Assembly (NCBI GenBank): GCA_043819795.1
Contig: JBDREN010000063.1
Location: 1 to 35,079 of the forward strand
Direction: 5' to 3'
DNA: 35,079 nt
Source: Elusimicrobiota bacterium
GTDB taxonomy: Bacteria > Elusimicrobiota > Elusimicrobia > UBA1565
Shown here one piece after another: positions 1 to 9,958 of this stretch (position 1 is the first letter of the stretch; each line of letters starts with the position of its first letter). A program made the translations under genes and the position numbers. The notes under the pieces were generated by a model. The model did no database searches, had not been told where the DNA came from, and saw only the letters and a list, made by a program, of their open reading frames with translations.

Positions 1-113
1 CTGCGCCTGCGTTGCTCCTCGGTCACATCCCGTCGAGGGATGCTCCCTCGTCGCGCCTTGGCTCGGCTCGCTCCAGGCGATTTCGCCATCCGAAATACTT
101 TTGCCACGGGCTG
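1..113 (-). mobile_element. MITE-like element, family A, copy 1 (truncated by window start)
   Basis: 1..113 is the reverse complement of 9959..10071 with one mismatch. It ends in ACTTTTGCCACGGGCTG followed by CTAG (114-117), and that CTA is the TAG stop of the kinase gene. Confidence 0.85.
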
Positions 114-3100
114 CTAGGAGCTCCCGCCCAGGACTTGGCTGAGCAGCTCGGAGACTTCCTCGAGCCGGTAGGGCTTGGCGAGCATGCCCGAGAAGCCGTG
201 CGCGGCGAAGTCCGACATGACCGTCCCGGTCGCGTAGCCGCTGGACACGATCGCCTTGACCCCGGGGTGGAGCTCGGCCAGCTTCTTGATCGCCTGCTCG
301 CCGCCCATGCCGCCCGGGATGGTGAGGTCCATGAAGACGACGTCGAAGGGCGCGCCCGCTTTCTCCGCCTCGGCCACGGCCTCGAGCGCCGCGGCCCCGT
401 CCGGGGCGGACTCCGCCTCGTATCCGAGCGTCCGGACCATTCGGGCCAGCACCTTGACGACTGAGCGGTCGTCGTCCATGATGAGTATCCTTCCCTCGCC
501 TTTCTTGATCTTCGGGGCCTTGGTCTCGGGTTGCGGCGCTTGGGCGGAGGAGGCCGGCAGGTGGATCGTGAAGGTCGCTCCCGCGCCAGCCTCGGATTCG
601 GCCGCGATGTGCCCCCCGTGCCTGGCGACGATGGACCGGCAGGTCGCCAGGCCGAGCCCGCGTCCATTCTCCTTGGTGCTGTAGTAGGGAGCGAAGACCT
701 TCGCCATCTGCTCGGCCGGTATGCCCACCCCCTGGTCCTTGACCCGGACCCGGACGTACGGGCCGTCCGGCAAAGACAGGGCGTCCTTTTCGGACAGCGC
801 GACGTTTTCGGCCGTCACCCTCAGGACGCCCCCTTCGGACATGGCCTGCACGGCGTTGATCGCGAGGTTGCTCAAGACCTGGGCCACCTGCTCCGCGTCC
901 GCGTCGACGGTCCGCAGGTCCTCGGCCACGTCGAAGTCGCAGCGGGTGTGGGAGCCACGGGTCGCGAAGGTGACGGACTCCTTCAGCAGCGGGGCCAGGG
1001 CGATGACCTTCTTCACCGGGCTGCCGCCCTTGGAGAAGGTGAGCAGCTGGTGCGTCAGGCTCTTGGCGCTGTGCGCGGCCCGTTCCGTCTCCTCGATGAG
1101 CGGGCGGACGTCCGCGCCGCCGCCCATCTCCATCTTGGCCAGCGACAGGTTGCCGAGCACGGCCGTGAGCAAGTTGTTGAAGTCGTGGGCGATGCCTCCC
1201 GCCAGCACGCCGAGAGACTCGAGGTTCTGCGTCCTCAGCCGGTCCTCCTCCGCCCTCTTGAGCACGGTGATGTCAGTCGCGCATTTCATGAAGGCGACGA
1301 CTCTCCCATCCCTGACGATCGGCGCGATCCTGACGTCGAAATACCTTGTCTCGCCGGTCTCGGAGCGGTACGGCGTGCTGTACCTGCCCGGCTTCCTGGT
1401 CTTCAGGATGCGATCCAGGCAGTCCCTCGCGACTTGATGGTATTCCGATGGGAGGAACTCGAAGTCGGACTTTCCGATGACATGCTCCACGGTCAATCCC
1501 GGCACGGTGCGGTTGATGAATGTTATCTTGAAGTCCCGGTCCAGCATGATGATGTGGTCGGGGGAGCTCTCGATCAGCGAGCGCCACCTGGATTCGCTCT
1601 CCCGCAGCTTGTCCACCGTCCGCTTGCGCTCGGTGACGTCCCGGAATACGCCCAACAGGGAGCGTCTCCCGGCGAGCGTGATGGGCCTCGAGTTTATGTC
1701 GGCGAAGAACACGGTGTCGTCTTTCTTGAGCACGGGGATGTCTTTGGCCACGGATGACCCGCCGCTCGCCTGTCGAGCGAACGCGGCCGCCACGGCGGGC
1801 AGGGCATCCACGGGGTGGATATCATCGAACTTCAGGCGCGTGAACTGCTCGCGGGTGTATCCCAGCTTGTCGCAGATCGCCTTGTTGCAGGCGATGAAGC
1901 GCTTCGTCTCGATGTCCGCGACGGCAATCCCGTCGAGGGCGCCTTCAAAGAGGGTCCGGAACCCGGCCTCGCTCTCTCGCAGCGCCGCCTCGGCCCTCTT
2001 TTGTTCCGTGACGTCGCGCACCACCGACCTGCTCTCCAGAACGTTGCCCTTCTCGTCGCGCATGGCGGTGACGTCCAGGATGACGTCGATAGGGCTCCCG
2101 TCCTTGCGTTTCATCCGCAGTTCGACGCCGCGGACCTCTCCCTTCCTCTTGAAGGAGGCGAAGGCCTTCCTGGCGGCGGCGAGGGAATCGGGATGGTAGA
2201 GGTCGAAGACGGGCAGGCCGATGATATCGTCCTGCGAGACCCCCAGGGCCGCGGCCATCGTCCGGTTGCAGGACTTGACCTTACCGGTCTTCGCGTCCAC
2301 GGAAGCCAGCATGGCGGGAGATTCATCGTACAGATCGTGGTAGGCGGCTTCGGCCTGCTTGAGGGCGGTCTCCCAGCGGCTTCTCTCGGTCACGTCGGTC
2401 GAGCTGCTTATGAGGGCGACCGGCCTGCCGGCCTCCAGCAGGGGAGCGATCCGGACGTCGAAATGGCGCGTTTCTCCGGCCTTGGTGCGGTACTCGGTGC
2501 TGTAGGAGTCCGGCATCCCAGTCTTGAGCACGCGTTTATAGCATTCCCTGGCGACCCGCTCGTATGCCGGCGGAATGAAGTCGAAGTTAGACCTTCCGAT
2601 GACCTCCTCCTTGGTCAAGTCCGGCACGGTGCGGTTGATGAACCGTATCCTGAAATCCTTGTCGAGAAGCATGATGTGGTCCGGAGAGCCTTCGACCAGG
2701 GAACGCCACTTCTCCTCGATCCCGCGGAGCCGCTCCTCGGCCAGCTTGATGTCGGTGATGTCGGTATGGATCGAAACGGCGACCTTCCCGTGCTCGGGAT
2801 GATCGAACGCGGAGACGCTCGCCCGGCACCAGAGGGGAGAGCCGTCCCCCTTGGCGTTCTTGATCTCCCCCCGCCATTCGCCGTGTTTCGCGATGTGGGC
2901 CCGGATTTCGGCCGCCCGCTCCTCCGGGTTGCCGTCGGTCCCGGCGTTCAGCGCGGAGACGTGCTTGCCGGCCAGCTCGCCGGGTTCGTAGGCGAACATC
3001 TTTTCGAGCTGCGGGTTGGCGTAGAGGATCACGCAGTCGCGGAGCCGGACGAGATGGACGCCTTCGGCCATATTGGCCATCGTCTTGGAGTAGAATCCCG

Positions 3101-3215
3101 CGGAGCCTTTCGCCGGTACGCGCTTGGGTCGGGGGGCTTCGAGCTTCTTAAGCTTCCGGCGGGCGGTTCGCAACTCCTGGATCAGCGCGGCTTTGGTCTT
3201 CTTGATATCCTGCAT
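114..3215 (-). CDS. Cytoplasmic multi-PAS hybrid sensor histidine kinase/response regulator (CckA-like), 1033 aa
   Basis: Five PAS/PAC repeats (DIT/DVT ends), H-box GGIAHDFNNLL, N-box NLAINAVQAM, G-boxes DQGVGI/GRGLGL, and a C-terminal receiver (ILIMDDD, MDLTIP, KPY). Confidence 0.93.
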   Translation of the reverse strand: MQDIKKTKAALIQELRTARRKLKKLEAPRPKRVPAKGSAGFYSKTMANMAEGVHLVRLRDCVILYANPQLEKMFAYEPGELAGKHVSALNAGTDGNPEERAAEIRAHIAKHGEWRGEIKNAKGDGSPLWCRASVSAFDHPEHGKVAVSIHTDITDIKLAEERLRGIEEKWRSLVEGSPDHIMLLDKDFRIRFINRTVPDLTKEEVIGRSNFDFIPPAYERVARECYKRVLKTGMPDSYSTEYRTKAGETRHFDVRIAPLLEAGRPVALISSSTDVTERSRWETALKQAEAAYHDLYDESPAMLASVDAKTGKVKSCNRTMAAALGVSQDDIIGLPVFDLYHPDSLAAARKAFASFKRKGEVRGVELRMKRKDGSPIDVILDVTAMRDEKGNVLESRSVVRDVTEQKRAEAALRESEAGFRTLFEGALDGIAVADIETKRFIACNKAICDKLGYTREQFTRLKFDDIHPVDALPAVAAAFARQASGGSSVAKDIPVLKKDDTVFFADINSRPITLAGRRSLLGVFRDVTERKRTVDKLRESESRWRSLIESSPDHIIMLDRDFKITFINRTVPGLTVEHVIGKSDFEFLPSEYHQVARDCLDRILKTRKPGRYSTPYRSETGETRYFDVRIAPIVRDGRVVAFMKCATDITVLKRAEEDRLRTQNLESLGVLAGGIAHDFNNLLTAVLGNLSLAKMEMGGGADVRPLIEETERAAHSAKSLTHQLLTFSKGGSPVKKVIALAPLLKESVTFATRGSHTRCDFDVAEDLRTVDADAEQVAQVLSNLAINAVQAMSEGGVLRVTAENVALSEKDALSLPDGPYVRVRVKDQGVGIPAEQMAKVFAPYYSTKENGRGLGLATCRSIVARHGGHIAAESEAGAGATFTIHLPASSAQAPQPETKAPKIKKGEGRILIMDDDRSVVKVLARMVRTLGYEAESAPDGAAALEAVAEAEKAGAPFDVVFMDLTIPGGMGGEQAIKKLAELHPGVKAIVSSGYATGTVMSDFAAHGFSGMLAKPYRLEEVSELLSQVLGGSS

Positions 3216-3394
3216 GACGCGGCTCCCGGCCTGCCGCTGGGGAATGGCGCGATGTCTGGACCGTCCCCGAGGCGGACAGAGCTAACTACTCTGGAAGGGT
3301 AAGGCCGCTCAGAGAGATTGTCAAGAGGTTCGCGGGCGCGCCTGAGTTCCACGAAAACGGTCCCGGGGAAAACGCCTCCAGCCCGGGCATAAAA

Positions 3395-3487
3395 GGTCCT
3401 ATTTTCCGGTCCTATTTCGGGTAGGTCCATTATCCGATGGACGGTGCCTTCAGGGCCCATGTGCGAGACCGGTCCCGTACGTACAAT
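3395..3487 (+). promoter_or_regulatory. Putative promoter with repeated GGTCCTA-like boxes and -10 TACAAT
   Basis: GGTCCTATTT at 3395 and 3408, GGTCCAT at 3424, GGGCCCAT at 3453. TACAAT at 3482-3487 lies 7 nt before ATG 3495. Confidence 0.45.
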
Positions 3488-3494
3488 TAACGTA

Positions 3495-6400
3495 ATGGAC
3501 GTTTCCATATTCCGTAAGAGCCTGGCGGTCGCGCTCTCGGCATCCCTGATGCTCGCCCAGCAGGGATTCGTTTGGGAGGCCGTCGCCGGCGTCGTCGTGG
3601 CCCCGCGGGCGGGGTCGGCCGCCGCCGGGACGGGGGCCGCGGCTGGGGGCGCGGCGACCGCCGTCTCTCAAGTATCCCTTTCCAATCTCAGCGTCAATAC
3701 TCCCGCCGGCTTGACCGGATCGAGCCTGTTGATCCCCGCGGCGGCACCGAAAGTCGGAGTCCAGGCTCCCCGGATCGGCGTTCGGGCCTCGGCGGCGACA
3801 CCTGGTCCGGCGCCGGCTCAGAGCGCGCTGTCGCGCGGCGAGCCCGCGCGCGCCGCCGCGCCGACGGTCGGGGCCCGGGGGGAGGGTGCGTCCCCGCTAG
3901 AAGCGAATCTCTCGGCGGCGAGCAAAAAGGCGGCTCCCGCGGCCGCCAATGCGCCTAAGTCTGACGGGCTTATCGGACGCCTGGCCGCTTTCGGCCGGAC
4001 GCTCGTGGGCGCCCCGGCCGCCGCTCCGGTCTCCCTGCGCAGGATCTTCGACGGCTCCGCGACCCGGTCCGGCCTGACGGCCCCCGCCGATGCCGCCGCT
4101 GAGGCGGACGGGAGCCGTAAGCGGCGTATCGGGCTGTCCAAGCCGGACGCCGGGACCGCCGCTTCGGCCTCGGCAAACGAGGAACCGTATCAGCGCGTCA
4201 AGGAGCTCCGCCAGGTGCTCGGGGACGGGACGGTCGGCGCGAAGGGCCGGATCGAGGCGTTCTCCTTCGGGACGCCGGACGGAGGGCGGATCCGCGCCCG
4301 CTCCGCCGGCATGGAGGGCTTCCTTTACTCCAAACTGGAGCACGAGCGGGCCCACGGACAGGCATTCGCGCTCGCCCAGCTCGACGATTACTTCGGCTAC
4401 CTAGACGGCCTGCTCGCGCCCGTGGGCTGGACGCAAGACATCCGGAGGGAGCTGGGCGCCATCCGGCGCTCGCCCGTCGGCCCCGAGGAGAAGAACGGCC
4501 GCCTCAACGAGTTTTTGCAGAGGACCGTCGCGCGCCTGCAGAGCGACATAAAGACGAGCGACCCGGCGCTGTGGGGCCGCGACGCCAGCATCTACATGAT
4601 CCTGGCGCGCGCCTACAATCGGATAAAGGCCGACGGGCGCGGCGGAAAGAAGAACTTCTTCGACTCCTTGGACGACGCGGAGCTCGACGGCATCCGCGAG
4701 CGGACCGGGGCCAACACCGTCTGGATCCTGGACATGTTCGAGATCGGCGACATCGCCCGATGGGGCACGGGCGGGGGCTCGCCGTACGCCATCAAGGGCT
4801 ATCGCGTGAAGGAGGAACTGGGAGGGGACGAGGGCCTGAAGCGCTTCGTGGACAGGGCCCACGCCAAGGGCCTGAAGGTCATGACGGACTACATTCCCAA
4901 CCACACCTCGCTCGACAGCCACATGGTGGCCGAGCGTCCCGAGGGCTTCATCCACATCGTCCCGCCCCAGCCCGAGCCGAACGAGCCGATCGAGGACTAC
5001 AAGAAGCGGATCATCTCGCAGGTCCCGCACATCCCAGCCCCGGGCGGCGGGCCCATGTACTATCTCTTGGAAACGGACAACTATCCGGAGGGCGGCAAGA
5101 GGGTCCACAAGTTCATCCTGCTGCACCACCCGTATCAGGACGGGGGCTGGATGTGGGTGGACATGGGCCAGATCGACTACACCCATCCGGCGGCCTGGGA
5201 CTTCAGGATCAAAGAAGCCAGGGGCCTCTTCGAGCGGTTCGGGATCGACGGCGTCCGCCGGGACATGTCCTACCTTGTTCTTAGCGACAAGTTCCACAGG
5301 CATTGGGCCGGCACCCTGGCGTGGGAGCGGGACAACGCGACCGGCTGGGTGCGCGAGCAGCTCGAGAGGGCCGCGGCGGGCCTGGAGCGGAGGCACAAGG
5401 CCCTCGCCGGCCGGGAATACCTCGACACGATGATGGCGGCCGTGCGCGAGGTCAAGCCGGGCGCCTTCCATATCGACGAGGCCTACGAGGAGTACGAGGC
5501 CTTGAGCCGCTCGGGATCGCACGCCCGCTACAACAAGATGGGCCTCTACGACGCGCTGGTGAGCCGCGACGCCGGATGGATCCGCGAGGCGCTGAAGGAG
5601 CTCTCCTTCCGGACGTGGCAGAAGGGCGGCGCGGGCTTGGTCAATTTCGTGGGGACGCACGACGGCGGCGAGGGCAACCCGGTCGACAAGCTCGGGCGGC
5701 ATTTCCGGGCGGCCGTGGCCATGGCCCTGTTGGCGAGGCCGACCTTGTTCTACAACGGCCTGGAGCTGGGCGTCGGGCAGGCCGCCATGCTGATCAGCGA
5801 CGATCTGCACAAGTCGCAGGACCTCGCCAAGGCCATCCCATTCGATATAAAGGTCCTCATCAACTGGGCCAACGCCGATCCCGGCAACGTGGAGTTCCTC
5901 CGGCGGATCCTGAAGTTCGGCGAGCGCCACTCGGACCTGTTCCGGGACGGGGGCATGGAGGTCCTCTCGCCCCACGAGGCGACGCCGGTCGTGGCCTACA
6001 CCGCCGCCCGCGACGACGCCGGCGGACGAAAGACGGTCCTGGTCGCCGCGAACTTCGGCGACGAGGCCGCGTGGGGGCATTTTAATTTGGGGCGCGCCCC
6101 GGTCCTGGAGAAATTCGGGGCTTTCCGGCCGCGGGCGGGCAAGACGTACGTGCTGCGGGACCGCGCGCATCCGGCCGCTGACGGCTCTCCGGCCGCTTAC
6201 GTCCGCACGGGCAAGGAGCTTCTCGAGAAGGGGCTCTTCGTGCGGCTGGACCCGGGAGACGTCCATCTTTTCGAGATCGAGGAGCTCGACCCCAACGCGC
6301 CGGCCCGGGCCCCGCCCTCGGCGGGGGCCAAGAGCGGCGCGCTTTCCTCCGGGCTCTGGCGCGCCCAAGGAGCGAGCGGCCGGGAGCTTCCTTCACTCAC

Positions 6401-7667
6401 GGGGAGCTCGCAAGGAACCCCTGTTTCCGCCGCCGCGACGAGCGTTCAGGACCCGGACCCGCTCAAGAAGGTCCGGGTATTCCTCACGAGGCCCGGCGAG
6501 CGGCCGATCGCCGCGGACCTCGCCTCGCTGGGCCGGGTCCTGGCCGCGGATCGGTCCCTGGCGGAGACCCTCAACCGGATCGGCAGGATCCGCGTGGTCC
6601 TCAGCAAGGAGAATCCCAACGGCGGGCTCTCCAAAGAGGACATCGCGCGGGTGGAGGAGACCCTCCGGTCCTACGGGATCCGCGCCAAGCTCCAGGTCGA
6701 GAGCATCCCCGTCGACTGGAAGAAGCATTCCCGGAAAGGGGCGCCGGCCGCCGACGAGGCCGTCGAGACCGGAGCGCGGCGGGACAAGGGCTGGAAGGAG
6801 GGCCGGTTCTGGCGCTACTTCCTGGGACCGGTCACCCGGCCGTTCCGCGAGCTGGCGTACCTGGCCCGGACGTTCGCGAACTCGCTGACCCGGCCGACGC
6901 TCCCCGAGGTGGCGGGCGGCATCGCGTCCAAGGCCTTCTCGTTCACCATAGCCGTGGGCGTCTGGACGTCCATGTACGCCGGGCATCCCGCGGCTGCGGC
7001 CATCGCCATAGGCCTGTCCCTCTCGCTGGACACCTTCCACGGCATCTGGATCAACTCCTGGTCCAACTTCCAGAACAACATCGGCAAGCAGCGCGGGCTG
7101 CGCTATCAGACGGTCTTCAATTTCGCTTATGGGCAGTGGTGGGGCGGCGTGTTTCGGACCTTGGCCTGGTCGGTCTTGCCGGGCAAGGTCCCGCCGTGGT
7201 CGCCGCTCTACTGGAAGGACGTGGGCATCGCCACCGTCATCGGCACGTTCTTCGGGACTCTGGGCTACCGGGGGCTCAACGCCCTCTACGACAACGGCCG
7301 CATATCCCGCTGGCAGCGCTCCGCCATCCAGCAGCTGAGGGATCTCTTCTTCGTCCTGGCCGGCACCTACTTCGGCGCGGGCTCCATGGCCTTGTTCTGG
7401 ACCGTCTTCGCGGCCCAGCAGACGCTCGACTTGGTCATCTTTCTGATCAGCCGCGCGGCCAAGAAGAGGCCCATCCTCTACGTCACTGACGAGGCCGTCG
7501 CCGGGACCGGCGAGTTCCAGGGGATGTATCCGGTGAGTCCGGAAAGCGCGTCGAGCGAGTCCCCGCTCAAGCAGGCGCTCGGCGGCATCGCGAACAGCCC
7601 CTTCGTCAAGCCGGTCGCGCTCTTCGTGCGTTGGCTCCGCGGCAAGCTCTCGAAAAACGGCCGTTAG
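3495..7667 (+). CDS. Large exported protein: signal peptide + Ala/Pro-rich linker + GH13 alpha-amylase-family domain + C-terminal multi-TM domain (~1390 aa)
   Basis: The N-terminus MDVSIFRKSLAVALSASLMLA is signal-like. GH13 motifs: GSPYAIKGY, FVDRAHAKGLKVMTDYIPNHTS, DGVRRD (nucleophile), IDEAY (acid/base), GTHD. Hydrophobic helices at ~6900-7450. Start moved from 3444 to ATG 3495. Confidence 0.8.
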   Translation: MDVSIFRKSLAVALSASLMLAQQGFVWEAVAGVVVAPRAGSAAAGTGAAAGGAATAVSQVSLSNLSVNTPAGLTGSSLLIPAAAPKVGVQAPRIGVRASAATPGPAPAQSALSRGEPARAAAPTVGARGEGASPLEANLSAASKKAAPAAANAPKSDGLIGRLAAFGRTLVGAPAAAPVSLRRIFDGSATRSGLTAPADAAAEADGSRKRRIGLSKPDAGTAASASANEEPYQRVKELRQVLGDGTVGAKGRIEAFSFGTPDGGRIRARSAGMEGFLYSKLEHERAHGQAFALAQLDDYFGYLDGLLAPVGWTQDIRRELGAIRRSPVGPEEKNGRLNEFLQRTVARLQSDIKTSDPALWGRDASIYMILARAYNRIKADGRGGKKNFFDSLDDAELDGIRERTGANTVWILDMFEIGDIARWGTGGGSPYAIKGYRVKEELGGDEGLKRFVDRAHAKGLKVMTDYIPNHTSLDSHMVAERPEGFIHIVPPQPEPNEPIEDYKKRIISQVPHIPAPGGGPMYYLLETDNYPEGGKRVHKFILLHHPYQDGGWMWVDMGQIDYTHPAAWDFRIKEARGLFERFGIDGVRRDMSYLVLSDKFHRHWAGTLAWERDNATGWVREQLERAAAGLERRHKALAGREYLDTMMAAVREVKPGAFHIDEAYEEYEALSRSGSHARYNKMGLYDALVSRDAGWIREALKELSFRTWQKGGAGLVNFVGTHDGGEGNPVDKLGRHFRAAVAMALLARPTLFYNGLELGVGQAAMLISDDLHKSQDLAKAIPFDIKVLINWANADPGNVEFLRRILKFGERHSDLFRDGGMEVLSPHEATPVVAYTAARDDAGGRKTVLVAANFGDEAAWGHFNLGRAPVLEKFGAFRPRAGKTYVLRDRAHPAADGSPAAYVRTGKELLEKGLFVRLDPGDVHLFEIEELDPNAPARAPPSAGAKSGALSSGLWRAQGASGRELPSLTGSSQGTPVSAAATSVQDPDPLKKVRVFLTRPGERPIAADLASLGRVLAADRSLAETLNRIGRIRVVLSKENPNGGLSKEDIARVEETLRSYGIRAKLQVESIPVDWKKHSRKGAPAADEAVETGARRDKGWKEGRFWRYFLGPVTRPFRELAYLARTFANSLTRPTLPEVAGGIASKAFSFTIAVGVWTSMYAGHPAAAAIAIGLSLSLDTFHGIWINSWSNFQNNIGKQRGLRYQTVFNFAYGQWWGGVFRTLAWSVLPGKVPPWSPLYWKDVGIATVIGTFFGTLGYRGLNALYDNGRISRWQRSAIQQLRDLFFVLAGTYFGAGSMALFWTVFAAQQTLDLVIFLISRAAKKRPILYVTDEAVAGTGEFQGMYPVSPESASSESPLKQALGGIANSPFVKPVALFVRWLRGKLSKNGR

Positions 7668-7740
7668 ACCCGTTTCCTGACATCCTCCTGCGCCGCCCTC
7701 TACCCGGCGCCCGCCCGGAAATCGGGCGGCGTCCGTCGTC

Positions 7741-7769
7741 TTGTCAAGCCCGCGGCTATTTGTTAACGT
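7741..7769 (+). promoter_or_regulatory. sigma70-type promoter of the EF-G paralog
   Basis: TTGTCA-17 bp-TAACGT with an extended -10 TG at 7761-7762. Confidence 0.55.
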
Positions 7770-7903
7770 TTATCCATGCATCCGAGGGGACGCGGCACCG
7801 ACGGAAGCATCCCACCGTCGACCGGGCGCAGCGAGCATGCAGGCGGCCTTTTGGAGCGAAAACCAAGCCTAAAGAGTTCCCCGCAGGTTGGGGAGGAGAT
7901 GTA

Positions 7904-9958
7904 ATGGCTGTCGAGACCAAATCCATCAGGAACATAATCGTATTGGGACATTCCGGGTCCGGAAAGACCTCCATCGTCGAGTCGCTCCTTTTCAATGGAG
8001 GCGCGATCCCGAAGGCGGGTTCCGTCACCGACGGCGACACGGTCTCCGATTACAACGAAGACGAGATCGAGCGGAAGTCCTCGGTGAACTCCTCTATCTC
8101 TCATTTGATCCACAATAACGTCAAGGTGAACCTGATCGACACCCCCGGCTACAGCGATTTCATCGGCGAGGTGATCGGCGGTCTCCGGGCCGCGGACGCG
8201 GCGATCCTCATCGTGAACGCGGTCAGCGGCCTGGAGATGGGGACCGACAAGTTCCACAAGATGATCCAAGAGCGGTCGCTCCCGTTCGCGATCTTCGTGA
8301 ACAGGATGGACAAGGAGAACGCGGACTTCGACAAGTGTATGGAGCAGATCACGAGGAAGTACGGCAAGAGCTGCGCCTGCCTCACCTATCCCGTGGGCAG
8401 CGCGTCCGAGTTCAAGAGGACCGCGAACCTCCTGACGGGGGAGGGGATGGATGAGCTGGAAGGCGCCGACGCCGAGAAGGCCGCGAAGCTGCGCGAGGCG
8501 TTGATCGAGAGCGTGGCGGAATCGGACGACGAGCTCTGCGAGAAATACCTGGACAAGGGGGAGCTCTCGACGGACGAGGTGAAGGAGGGCTTCCGGAACG
8601 CCGTCATAGCGGGCAAGGTCTCGCCCGTCTTCGCCGGGTCCGCGACCGCGAACATCAGCGTCAAGAAGCTTCTCGACATCATCGTCGAGAGATTCCCGTC
8701 CCCGCTGGACCGGCCGCCCGTGGGGGGCACGAAGATCTCCGACGGCGAGAAGACCCAGCTGGAGCCGAAGCCGGACGCGCCGTTCGCCGCGCAGGTCTTC
8801 AAGACGATCTTCGACCCCTACCTGGGTCAGATCTCCATCATGAAGGTCTTCTCGGGCTCCATCTCCACGAACGCGAACGTGCACAACGTCTCGAAGGACG
8901 CGCGCGAGAAGCTGGGCCAGCTCTTCTGCCTGACGGGCAAGAAGGAGGCCCATGTCGAGAAGGTCAACGCCGGGGACATCGTCTGCGTGGCGAAGCTGAA
9001 GAGCACCGTCACGGGCGACTCGCTGGCGGACGAGAAGATCCAGACCAAGATCGACGATGTCGGCTTTTCGGAGCCCGCCATCTCCTTCTCCATCAAGCCC
9101 AAGACCAGGTCCGACGAGGACAAGATCTCGAACGCGCTGCACAAGCTGACGGCCGAGGACAACACCTTCCGGATCCGCAGGGACCCCCAGACCAGGGAGA
9201 TGATCGCCTCCGGCATGGGCGAGCTGCATGTGACGGTGATGCTGAACCGGCTGCGCAGCAGGTTCGGGGTGCAGGTCGACATCGGCACGCCCAAGGTCGC
9301 CTATCTCGAGACGATAACCGGCAAGGGCAGCTCCCAGTACAGGCACAAGAAGCAGACGGGAGGGGCCGGCCAGTTCGCGGAAGTGTGGATGAGGGTCGAG
9401 CCGCTGGCCCGGGGCGCGGGTTTCGAGTTCGCCAACGAGGTCTTCGGCGGCTCCATCCCGGCCACGCTCATGCTGAGCTGCGAGAAGGGCGTCAAGACCG
9501 CCATGATCGCGGGCGGGCTGGGCGGCTTCCCGGTGGTGGACGTCCGCGCGGTCGTCTACGACGGCAAGACCCACCCGGTCGACTCCAAGGACATCGCGTT
9601 CCAGATCGCGGCGAGGGCCGCTTTCCGGGAGGCCTACCAGAAGGCCCGGCCCGTGCTCCTGGAGCCCATCATGGACGTGGACATCATCGTCCCGGATCAG
9701 TACATGGGCGACATCACGGGGAGCCTGAACCAGCGGCGGGGCAGGATCCTGGGCATGGACCCGGGCGACGGCATCCAGACCATCAGGGCGAAGGTCCCCC
9801 TGGACGAGATGTACAAGTACATCAAGACCATGAAGTCCCTCACCGCCGGAACGGCTGAGTACGGCATGAGGTTCTCCCACTACGAGATCGTTCCCTCCAA
9901 CATCGCGCAGACCGTGATCGACGAGATGAAGGCGGCGAAGGAGGAAGCCAACGCCTAG
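7904..9958 (+). CDS. fusA: Elongation factor G paralog (EF-G II / fusA2 type), 684 aa
   Basis: G1 GHSGSGKT, DTPGYSDF, NRMD, SGMGELH, HKKQTGGAGQFA, DSKDIAF, LLEPIM. GGAGGAG RBS before ATG 7904. The gene stands alone, outside the rpsL-rpsG-tuf operon. Confidence 0.9.
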   Translation: MAVETKSIRNIIVLGHSGSGKTSIVESLLFNGGAIPKAGSVTDGDTVSDYNEDEIERKSSVNSSISHLIHNNVKVNLIDTPGYSDFIGEVIGGLRAADAAILIVNAVSGLEMGTDKFHKMIQERSLPFAIFVNRMDKENADFDKCMEQITRKYGKSCACLTYPVGSASEFKRTANLLTGEGMDELEGADAEKAAKLREALIESVAESDDELCEKYLDKGELSTDEVKEGFRNAVIAGKVSPVFAGSATANISVKKLLDIIVERFPSPLDRPPVGGTKISDGEKTQLEPKPDAPFAAQVFKTIFDPYLGQISIMKVFSGSISTNANVHNVSKDAREKLGQLFCLTGKKEAHVEKVNAGDIVCVAKLKSTVTGDSLADEKIQTKIDDVGFSEPAISFSIKPKTRSDEDKISNALHKLTAEDNTFRIRRDPQTREMIASGMGELHVTVMLNRLRSRFGVQVDIGTPKVAYLETITGKGSSQYRHKKQTGGAGQFAEVWMRVEPLARGAGFEFANEVFGGSIPATLMLSCEKGVKTAMIAGGLGGFPVVDVRAVVYDGKTHPVDSKDIAFQIAARAAFREAYQKARPVLLEPIMDVDIIVPDQYMGDITGSLNQRRGRILGMDPGDGIQTIRAKVPLDEMYKYIKTMKSLTAGTAEYGMRFSHYEIVPSNIAQTVIDEMKAAKEEANA

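Noticed and set aside
12..113. Shared ORF start MLLGHIPSRDAPSS at 12 (+) and 10060 (-)
   Set aside because: Just the translation of the MITE sequence; no evidence of coding.
3476..3485. Second LexA box (GTACGTAC)
   Set aside because: No 4-nt spacer between half-sites; better explained as part of the -10 region.
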